DNA from: a virus
Taxonomy: Duplodnaviria; Caudoviricetes
Virus record (IMG/VR): IMGVR_UViG_2921119228_000004
Coordinates: 1-64,000 of that record
DNA: 64,000 nt
Reading direction: 5' to 3' (one strand)
Shown: one piece after another, positions 56,609-64,000 of the stretch
Numbering within the stretch: the first letter of the stretch is position 1
Layout: the number at the start of each line of letters is the position of its first letter
The notes under the pieces: generated by a model
Seen by the model: the letters and a program-made list of their open reading frames with translations, nothing else
Told to the model about the DNA's origin: nothing
The model's database searches: none
Made by a program: the position numbers and the translations under genes

Positions 56609-59070
56609 TATATTTCTTCCAGCTCAACTACCCAGCCTTTTCCAAAGCCGTATTTTCGTGTTTCTTCCTGATAAACATTCAGCACCTTAAAACGGGATCC
56701 GGCACGAAACACAATTTCATCTTCACTTGCATAATGGGAAATGGCTTTTACATCTACACCCTTCTTGCTTTTGATAACCAGCATTAGGTTATCTCCAAAG
56801 ATAGCAGTTCTATCAATATTGGTAGTAGAGGACATGAAGGCTTTGTTTACATAGGGCTGCCCGGATGATAGACACGCTTTCATTTCTTGAATATACTTAT
56901 CCAGCTTCATTGCGTCAAAGCTGATCCCTGAGAATACAGTACCATTATAGCGAGGCATTTTTTCTAAGGCAGCATTACAAGCCGGATAATATTTTTGGCA
57001 TAATCCCCCATAATCTTGTATTTTGCCAAAGTACGGATCTACAATACCATAACCGTAATTATTACACCACTTAGAGCCGTATGTATAACGGTTTATCAAA
57101 GCAAGTTCATCTACGGATATACCCGTTTTTTTGCTATAACGCTCCATTGCTCCAGCTTCACTACTATAGTTCTGCCAACGTCCACCGATGGCGTTATTAG
57201 CACTATGATTAACTGGCGCATTTATATACTCTTCCAGTGCTTTTTTTGCCAGTTCCTCAGTTTCTCCATTCAGTTTAACCAACTTGCCTTGTTTTGATAC
57301 ATACTTTAAAGCCAACTCCTTTTTATAATCAGCAAGCCGGACATAACAAGCACTTACTTCACTATTCCACTGACTGCCGTATAGATCCATAGCCTTATCA
57401 TATTCAGATTGGAGCCTTGCTATTTCCAGCTTTTCTTTTTCTGTTGCGTAAAGATCCAAAGTGGATCCGTCCGCACCTTGTTTAACCAGCTTTGCGAGCC
57501 GAGCCTTTTCTATCTCTTGTATTTTGGCAGTCGCTTTTGCTGTCAAGGCTTGTATCTCATTTGCAGTTGCTTCATTGGCTATAGCCTCATTCAGTTCTGC
57601 CAGAACCGAATTTAACGGTTTACTCTTGCTTTTATAGTTCAAAATAGGCTTGGCAGCATTTACGGCTTGCTGGTATTGAAATTTTGCCTCAACTATAGCC
57701 AGCTCTTTTTTAAGCATTTTCACCATTTCGGGAGAAGTCGGAAATTTATTCTTTTCCTCAACCCAATTAGCCTCAAACTTTAGCTTCTTGATTTGGTACT
57801 CCAAATCACCAGTAGAGATTTTGGCTTTGAATGAATCGAAAGCCTCATATAGCTTTTGTACGTTTTCTTCCCCATATTGAGCAACCAGCCCTTTGTAGTG
57901 TTTTTGCTCAGGTGTGAGAGGATGCAAGATTTCTTCTATATCCGTATAGTTATCCTTGACGAAATAGGGTAGAGTGCCTTTTGTTTTGGCTTCATTCATG
58001 CGATCTTCGTTATCCTTTACCCATTGCACAAATTCATCTGAAAACTCCGTTATTTGCCCTTTCTTGCTTATTTCTTCATCTTCTCCAGCCAGGATCTTGT
58101 TAAGCATATCCTCTATATCATCTTCACCAGCTAAAATAGGAATCATGTAGCACCGACAATTCGGATGCCAACCAGTCCATTTAAACGTTTTGGGATATTT
58201 GCCAGCAAGCTCATCGCAAATATCATGGCATGGGTGGTTGTTTGACAGCTTGATTTCATAGCCAATTATAAAATCTAATTGCCCCCATCGTTCAAAATCA
58301 GCAGTTCTGTAGGCTATATTGGTTTCTGTACGTGCCAAACGTTGGGCATTACGGTATGAAGATCTATATACACCACGTCCAGGATGATATTTCTTTGGGT
58401 TATCATCTACCCATTTATAACTTTCGGTTTCTTTGTCATATACCCTACGTTTCCATACACGACCATACACAGTATTTCCGTTTTCATCCTCACCGACCTT
58501 TATTCTGAATCTTCTGTAAAAGCGATCAGGATCTTGTAGGTAGGTCTGTATTTTGGAAGCTAACTTGTTGGCTCCTGTACCCTCTCCTATAGCCAAATCC
58601 AAGCAGTTTTCAAGCTCTTCTTTAAATTGTCCTGTGTACCTCCATACCTTTTGCGATAGGCTTAGCCCTTCTTCTCCAGTTTTCCGAGCAAAGAAAGCGT
58701 CCATAGCCTCCATATTGCGCTTAAAGAATCGGGCAAAGTGGTTATCATTGATAGAGTTTTCACCGAACACACTTTTTACCAGCTCATCGTTATGTTGGTT
58801 GGAAAGCAGCCATTCATTTTGCACGTCATTCCTTATTTCTTGATACAAACGGCTGTACATTTCTCTAAATATGGCTGTAGCCTCATCACTATAGCCATAT
58901 TCGGAGAAAGAGAACGGTTTACCTTCTTCCAACTCCGTACCTTTTACCATGTTAATAATCTGGAGTAAGTAGTTTTGATAAATCGCACGTACATTAGCTG
59001 CGTACCCTTCTGTACGTTTAAACAGCTCTTTTTGTAACTGCGTGGAATTGACGTATTTAGTTTTTGCCAT
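56608..59070 (-). CDS. MuF-like minor head protein with C-terminal ADP-ribosyltransferase-like domain
   Basis: RLARTET...CDELAGKYP...HPNCRC MuF signature; C-terminal FMSST and EDEIVF...FKV. Confidence 0.8.
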   Translation of the reverse strand: MAKTKYVNSTQLQKELFKRTEGYAANVRAIYQNYLLQIINMVKGTELEEGKPFSFSEYGYSDEATAIFREMYSRLYQEIRNDVQNEWLLSNQHNDELVKSVFGENSINDNHFARFFKRNMEAMDAFFARKTGEEGLSLSQKVWRYTGQFKEELENCLDLAIGEGTGANKLASKIQTYLQDPDRFYRRFRIKVGEDENGNTVYGRVWKRRVYDKETESYKWVDDNPKKYHPGRGVYRSSYRNAQRLARTETNIAYRTADFERWGQLDFIIGYEIKLSNNHPCHDICDELAGKYPKTFKWTGWHPNCRCYMIPILAGEDDIEDMLNKILAGEDEEISKKGQITEFSDEFVQWVKDNEDRMNEAKTKGTLPYFVKDNYTDIEEILHPLTPEQKHYKGLVAQYGEENVQKLYEAFDSFKAKISTGDLEYQIKKLKFEANWVEEKNKFPTSPEMVKMLKKELAIVEAKFQYQQAVNAAKPILNYKSKSKPLNSVLAELNEAIANEATANEIQALTAKATAKIQEIEKARLAKLVKQGADGSTLDLYATEKEKLEIARLQSEYDKAMDLYGSQWNSEVSACYVRLADYKKELALKYVSKQGKLVKLNGETEELAKKALEEYINAPVNHSANNAIGGRWQNYSSEAGAMERYSKKTGISVDELALINRYTYGSKWCNNYGYGIVDPYFGKIQDYGGLCQKYYPACNAALEKMPRYNGTVFSGISFDAMKLDKYIQEMKACLSSGQPYVNKAFMSSTTNIDRTAIFGDNLMLVIKSKKGVDVKAISHYASEDEIVFRAGSRFKVLNVYQEETRKYGFGKGWVVELEEI

Positions 59071-59245
59071 TGCGCTTTAACTCAAAGTGTTCACAGTGAT
59101 CTTTGTTTAAGAATTTAGAGTATTTGAAGAAAGGACACCGACAAAGGAAGAACTCACCTTTATAATCCTTCTCGTGCCAGTCGTAAGAGTGCTTGCAATC
59201 CCTACAATGGTACTTTGTTTCTGATGGTTTTACTTTCTTTGCCAT
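59057..59245 (-). CDS. Small Cys-rich protein
   Basis: 62 aa, CxxC...CxC...C, between portal and MuF. Confidence 0.6.
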   Translation of the reverse strand: MAKKVKPSETKYHCRDCKHSYDWHEKDYKGEFFLCRCPFFKYSKFLNKDHCEHFELKRNGKN

Positions 59246-60669
59246 TATTCACCTCCACCGAACACATCTATTCTGTTTAACTCCTGCTGTTTAGCTATGG
59301 CTTCTAAATCTTCCTGCTTCAAACGCTCAATTTCCGTTTTTGCATCTTTGATAAGGTAGCTCATTTCCACATAAGTTTGTCGGCTTATCGCTCCATCGTT
59401 ATACTGCTTTGATATATCAGCAAGAATATCGCTCACATCTTCACCGAATGGTTCTTGAAACTCATGCCCTAACTGTAATGCTTCATATTCGGCTTTGTGT
59501 TGGTAGTCCAAAACATTACCAAGAATAGCACGTAGCAAATTACCCGTTCTATTCATGTAATTATCGTGGGTTTCCTTTCGTTTCTCAGCCTTAATCACTG
59601 CAAGCAGCATTACTTTTCTGATAGCTTTAGCAGACAGGTTGCCTAAACTCTTCATATTGTCAAAATCTATGTTAGGAGTGAAAGATTTTGAAAGAATATG
59701 CTTATCCAGCCGTTCATATTCATTTGCCTTGCTTTGTGAAGCCTGATCCCATGTAAGATATTCAACCTTGCCACCCTCCTTTAGAATGAATAGTTTTGCC
59801 TCTTCTTCTGCTTTAGGCAAGCTGTTAAGCACTTCTGCGGTTGCTACCATTGCCGGGTTAGCAAATCTATCATTTACATCTGCATCTGTTGATTCCATGC
59901 TTTCTACACGGTGTATCATGGGCTGTGTTCCTTCATGCTCTAACTCTTGTTCAAAGAGGATAACGGGAATTTTCCCTATCACATTAGGGATTGCCTTCAC
60001 TTCCCAACCTACACTAACACGCTTACAGTAGTAAACCGTATCATCTTTGTAAATATCCACATGGTAGATGCTCCGATTGCCGGATTCATTCAGATAATAC
60101 CCCCAAGCAAAAGCAGTCATACGCTTATACTGATCTTTGATAAGGTAAATATCATCACCGTTTTGTTTAGATAACACATTCAATAATACATCTGGTTTTC
60201 CTTCTTTATTTCGGAACACATGAAATAGCATAGCGGAAGTACCCTCAGCACCAGCAACACGTTTAGCCTCTCTTACATTGGCGTTGAAGCGTAAATGCTC
60301 CAGCAGTTTTATATATTGCTCAAAAGCATAATCAGTACCTTTGCTTCTTTGCGTCCATTTTACGGGTCTGCCATATAAGAAAACAAGCGCAATTTCATTG
60401 ATGAAAGACTGATAGGGGATAGGAATTTTCCAACGCTTTTGCCATCTAAGGAAATTCCCTTTCTTATCATAAACGGCTTTATCTTGCCTTTTCATAACCT
60501 CATGGTTTTCTACCTTGTACTCCAGCAAGGCTTTTTCAGCAAAGCCGGAACGATCTTGCATATAGTTCAAGGCTCTTGAAATATCCTTAGCCTCCAACAA
60601 AGACGTAAAATTTTGCTGATAGCCTACAGCAGCTTTTACTTCATTCTTGATAACATTAAAAAATCCCAT
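59245..60669 (-). CDS. Portal protein (SPP1 gp6-like)
   Basis: 474 aa directly after the large terminase; GKIPVILF, NLSAKAIR. Confidence 0.85.
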   Translation of the reverse strand: MGFFNVIKNEVKAAVGYQQNFTSLLEAKDISRALNYMQDRSGFAEKALLEYKVENHEVMKRQDKAVYDKKGNFLRWQKRWKIPIPYQSFINEIALVFLYGRPVKWTQRSKGTDYAFEQYIKLLEHLRFNANVREAKRVAGAEGTSAMLFHVFRNKEGKPDVLLNVLSKQNGDDIYLIKDQYKRMTAFAWGYYLNESGNRSIYHVDIYKDDTVYYCKRVSVGWEVKAIPNVIGKIPVILFEQELEHEGTQPMIHRVESMESTDADVNDRFANPAMVATAEVLNSLPKAEEEAKLFILKEGGKVEYLTWDQASQSKANEYERLDKHILSKSFTPNIDFDNMKSLGNLSAKAIRKVMLLAVIKAEKRKETHDNYMNRTGNLLRAILGNVLDYQHKAEYEALQLGHEFQEPFGEDVSDILADISKQYNDGAISRQTYVEMSYLIKDAKTEIERLKQEDLEAIAKQQELNRIDVFGGGE

Positions 60670-60680
60670 AATTCAAATTT

Positions 60681-62108
60681 TTAAATAACTCCTAATCTTG
60701 CTTCTATATCATCTGGTATATCATACTCGTTATAGTCAAACCAACAGCGCATTAAAAACACATCTCGCCAGTCTGGAGAACATCTAATTTCCTGCTTGAT
60801 TTCCTCTTTCGGTTTTAGCTTTAATTTGCCTTCTCCGTCCACATCCCATGTTTGCAACTGCTCCAGTTCAAGGATAATTTGCTCTTTGTCTGCCGAGCTT
60901 AACAGTTCCTCATTGATCCCAATCTCTGAGGCGTTTATGTGTTCTGCCAGCTTGTAACCGCATTGTGTTTGCAAGTTCTGGTAGTTCTCATCCTTTAAAG
61001 CACGACTGTTATTTACAAAGCCTTGTATGTCGCAATTATCCACCACGCCACCGCCTACACCGTCCTCATCAGCGATACACCGCCATTTAGGTATTCTGTA
61101 CTTTTTCTGGAAGTGTTGAATACATTTCTGTATGTCCGTAGTTTTACTTAGTGGAAAGCATTTTAAGTCTATGATCGTATAACCATCCCAAACGCAAATC
61201 CGGGCGTAATCGGATCCAAATCGGGCTATATCTGCCGTTAGATAGTTCCTGCCGTTAGTTATGGATAACAGATTATTAAAAATGGCTGTGATCGCATCGT
61301 GAGAACAAAGCGCATTGGGGTTATCGTCATATTCCCAGTTACCCTTTAACAAACGCTCTCTTTTAACCTTATCTTTGGTTGTTCTCAAACCTTCTATGTA
61401 GTCTGGATCTATGAAGGGGTTTTCTTGTACCAAACAACCCAGATAGTACATATACTCAGGAAGTGTACCTTTCTTGAATGGAGTGTAAAAGGTATCATAC
61501 ATCCAGTTCTTTTTAGGGTTACACGTGATAAACAACTTTCGTTTTAACCCTAACTCATTATTCAAGTGGCGACCTACACGAGTTTTAAGAGTGTCATAAG
61601 CACCAAAGTTTACTTCTCCACCTTCTTCTATCCAACCGCCAGTATATTCTATAGATCCGTATCTTTCATAAAAAGGATCTCCAGGCTTATACATCAAGTC
61701 CAGCAAATCTATACGGGATCCGTTGTAAAATTCTATATAGTTATACTGCCCATTGTATTTGTATAAAGTATCTTCTACTCCGTATTGGTTACAAACCTTA
61801 TAGAAAGTTATTAAGGTAGATTGGGTAATACGCTTCAACTCAGCCCGACCAATAAACCATTTGGAACCTGGATAACAAAGGCACATAAAAAGAAGCCAGG
61901 CAGCACCAGTCCATGACTTAGCACCACCAGCACCACCGCCATACAAAAACTCTGCGTGTTCATTGTCGGTAAGGATCTTCAAAGCCTTTTCCTGCTTTTC
62001 GTGCTTCTTTCCATCCTTAACAGTAATGAAGTCAAAACAGCCACGTTTAAACAGCTCTATTTTGACTGCAAGAGCCATTGGTATTTGTATGTTTTTATTT
62101 TTTGCCAT
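60681..62108 (-). CDS. terL: Terminase large subunit
   Basis: Walker A YGGGAGGAKS, Walker B WIEEGGE, CNP, nuclease TADIARFGSD, SPDWRD. Confidence 0.92.
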   Translation of the reverse strand: MAKNKNIQIPMALAVKIELFKRGCFDFITVKDGKKHEKQEKALKILTDNEHAEFLYGGGAGGAKSWTGAAWLLFMCLCYPGSKWFIGRAELKRITQSTLITFYKVCNQYGVEDTLYKYNGQYNYIEFYNGSRIDLLDLMYKPGDPFYERYGSIEYTGGWIEEGGEVNFGAYDTLKTRVGRHLNNELGLKRKLFITCNPKKNWMYDTFYTPFKKGTLPEYMYYLGCLVQENPFIDPDYIEGLRTTKDKVKRERLLKGNWEYDDNPNALCSHDAITAIFNNLLSITNGRNYLTADIARFGSDYARICVWDGYTIIDLKCFPLSKTTDIQKCIQHFQKKYRIPKWRCIADEDGVGGGVVDNCDIQGFVNNSRALKDENYQNLQTQCGYKLAEHINASEIGINEELLSSADKEQIILELEQLQTWDVDGEGKLKLKPKEEIKQEIRCSPDWRDVFLMRCWFDYNEYDIPDDIEARLGVI

Positions 62109-62604
62109 TCATTTTTTCCAATAGTCCATGATAAACCAAAAGATCTTCGGTTGAAAGTTTGGATAGATCCGGCTCCAGTCCACCAGACACATTAGCGTTT
62201 ATATCCCCTTCTATCGGTTGGGCTGCTTTGCCAAAAATTCTATCGAATATCATTTCAACCGTTGAAGTCCGACCAAAGCGAATATCTGTGAAGATTGCAC
62301 TGATAATATTGCACACCCAAATAGGAGTAGTGCTATCTTCTCTGTTTGCGTCAGCCATGATTTTATTTAGCTCTCCTTTGGAGCGTTCAAGAAGAAACCG
62401 AATTGTTTTATAATAGTCCTCTTTGCTCAGCTCATAATCTACTTTTTTACCTGTAAGCTCTTTGAGCTGTTTATACATTGAGGGCTTCCGACCATTTTTC
62501 TTTGGCTGGTTTTCGCTTGTGAATCTATTCCCTATGTTATTGCCTTTCTCAAAGAGTGCCATTCCGTTGTTTATTCGTTGTTTTTTGGCGTATATATACA
62601 CCAA
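62095..62604 (-). CDS. terS: Terminase small subunit
   Basis: FEKGNNIGNRF...QPKKNGRK N-terminus; overlaps the terL start. Confidence 0.7.
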   Translation of the reverse strand: MVYIYAKKQRINNGMALFEKGNNIGNRFTSENQPKKNGRKPSMYKQLKELTGKKVDYELSKEDYYKTIRFLLERSKGELNKIMADANREDSTTPIWVCNIISAIFTDIRFGRTSTVEMIFDRIFGKAAQPIEGDINANVSGGLEPDLSKLSTEDLLVYHGLLEKMNGKK

Positions 62605-62666
62605 TTAAGGAAAGAAAAAATCAGATAGGAACTCCCACCTGATTAATTCTTTACCTGGTTAATTTA

Positions 62667-62906
62667 TCATTGTTCCTTTTGTTCCTGCTCTTGGTACTTT
62701 GCCCAAAACCAGGCTATCATATCACCGTTGTAGTTGTCTATGTAATCATCTACAGCGTCCAACTCATCCGATAATGCTTCGGCTTTGTCTATTACGTCAT
62801 TGAAGGCTTCTTGTTCTTCTTCCGTAGCCATAAACGGATCGTACTTTTCATTTAGCTGCTTTTGAATAAGCTGCTTTTGCAAATCGGTTAATTCTATTTT
62901 ATCCAT
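62667..62906 (-). CDS. Small acidic protein
   Basis: 79 aa, about 22 D/E versus 7 K. Confidence 0.65.
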   Translation of the reverse strand: MDKIELTDLQKQLIQKQLNEKYDPFMATEEEQEAFNDVIDKAEALSDELDAVDDYIDNYNGDMIAWFWAKYQEQEQKEQ

Positions 62907-62942
62907 AGCTCAATATTTTATTGCGTTTTCCGCAAATATACG

Positions 62943-63554
62943 TTATAATTTATACTTCTTGATTATATCTTTAGCTGCTTTTGTGTACTTATCTCCCTTA
63001 CCATGAACGGCTTTTGTACATACTTCTGCCCAGAACTCGTTTACATTGGTTTTGGCATATTTACCATAACCTTGTTTCGACTTATCATTACCCCATTTCT
63101 TATAAAGGCTGTTTATGCTTTTACTTGCTGCCTTTGCATTGGGGCTTGTTAAATGGTTGTTCCAAGTTGCGTGCGCCAGCTCGTGAGTAACAATATGTGC
63201 TACTGGCTTGTTGGTTTTCGTCAAGTGTCCGCTTTTGTAGCCTTTTTCAGCCCATTTAGCAACGCTTTGGGTTGTGGTGTTTTTCCCATTGAAAACGGAT
63301 TTATTCAAAACGACTTGTTTAGATACTCCATTTTGGGAAATATGCACCCCACCCGTACCAGCCTCCAGTTGCCCGATCTTAATATCTTTCTGTCTTACTC
63401 CCAAAACAGAGTGAAAACGTGAGATACTTTCTTTTACAGTCTTGTACACCTTCGGGTTCTTAATTGAAGCCAAAGGTTCCAGTTTGCCTACCGTACCTTT
63501 GTAGTTTGAATCGCCATTCGGCAAACCTCCATTACTTCCGCTTGTTTTTGCCAT
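62943..63554 (-). CDS. Basic protein with HEXXH zinc-metallopeptidase motif
   Basis: IVTHELAHA and downstream NVNEFWAE. Confidence 0.7.
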   Translation of the reverse strand: MAKTSGSNGGLPNGDSNYKGTVGKLEPLASIKNPKVYKTVKESISRFHSVLGVRQKDIKIGQLEAGTGGVHISQNGVSKQVVLNKSVFNGKNTTTQSVAKWAEKGYKSGHLTKTNKPVAHIVTHELAHATWNNHLTSPNAKAASKSINSLYKKWGNDKSKQGYGKYAKTNVNEFWAEVCTKAVHGKGDKYTKAAKDIIKKYKL

Positions 63555-64000
63555 CTTTTTTTGAACTTTTATCGTTAATAAAGTCCTGGACGTAAACCAG
63601 GCTGTTATCTATGCAAAACTTTCTGATCTCATCACCACCGCCATACACAAGCAAGTTAGGAGTTTGCAAGCCGGATATTTCTTTGGCTACTTCAAGCTCT
63701 CCTTTCAGATATTCCAACCGACCAGCATAGCCACGAGTGAAAAAAGCGTTATACCCTTTTGGTAAGCCCAGTTTATTATACTCTTTGAACTTCACAGAAA
63801 CATTCAGATCTGCGTACACCTTGATACCGCACTCTTGAAAGTATCGGCTTATCCAACGTTTCTTGTAAATCTGTTGTAAACCGTAAGCTATCGGGGTTGT
63901 ATCGTAAACGGAAAGGTTCGGCTCTACCAACGCTTTTACACCACTGGTTAGCACCTTGATCGGATCTTTCCAAATAGCTTCAAAGCGATAATCATCTACA
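63532..64000 (-). CDS. DUF4417-like phage protein, 5' part outside window
   Basis: QQIYKKRWISRYFQECGIKVYADLNV pattern; reading frame runs to the window edge. Confidence 0.55.
   Translation of the reverse strand, partial: VDDYRFEAIWKDPIKVLTSGVKALVEPNLSVYDTTPIAYGLQQIYKKRWISRYFQECGIKVYADLNVSVKFKEYNKLGLPKGYNAFFTRGYAGRLEYLKGELEVAKEISGLQTPNLLVYGGGDEIRKFCIDNSLVYVQDFINDKSSKKDGKNKRK

Larger units (their letters stand above)
24332..64000. mobile_element. Element C: siphovirus-like prophage, right part outside window
   Basis: Terminase, portal, capsid, tail, tape measure and lysis genes; ends at the tRNA remnant. Confidence 0.95.

Noticed and set aside
209-63973. Most short antisense or nested ORFs in the track (e.g. 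1015..1428, 16248..16613, 21927..22259, 47105..47524)
   Set aside because: They are shadows of longer, motif-bearing genes on the opposite strand or frame and have no independent support
24400-64000. Second DGR target (additional VR)
   Set aside because: No other TR-like segment found by eye; a short-word alignment is needed to exclude it, and part of the prophage is off-window
24332-64000. Naming the prophage as a known phage such as Hankyphage
   Set aside because: Cannot be verified without a search; Hankyphage is transposable (Mu-like), whereas this one ends at a tRNA-derived att site

Overview
Bacteroidales-type DNA (TAnnTTTG -7 promoter boxes, typical gene families) made up almost entirely of three stacked mobile elements. 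(A) 1 to ~12.6 kb: a phage-related, capsid-less integrative element (excisionase, replication protein, frameshifted DnaB, nuclease, small-terminase-like protein, Fic, KilA-N, XRE repressor, ECF sigma). Its integrase is probably left of the window. (B) 12.57-24.35 kb: an 11.8-kb integrative element bounded by an 18-bp direct repeat matching the 3' end of tRNA-Arg(CCT). It carries a tyrosine integrase, excisionase, rolling-circle-type Rep, a HEPN/MNT toxin-antitoxin pair and membrane cargo, including an ADP-ribosylglycohydrolase fusion. (C) 24.35 kb to beyond 64 kb: a long-tailed (siphovirus-like) prophage with lysis, tail, head and packaging modules; the rest lies off the right edge. Strongest sequence-level results: a diversity-generating retroelement (RT, TR, VR; 21 mismatches, all at TR adenines), a 5mC methyltransferase switched off by an (AG)10 microsatellite frameshift, a tail-chaperone -1 slippery site, and a MuF-ADP-ribosyltransferase fusion near an ADP-ribosylhydrolase and an RtcB ligase in a 9-kb opposite-strand block that splits the head module. 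All product names come from motifs read by eye; no database searches were run.
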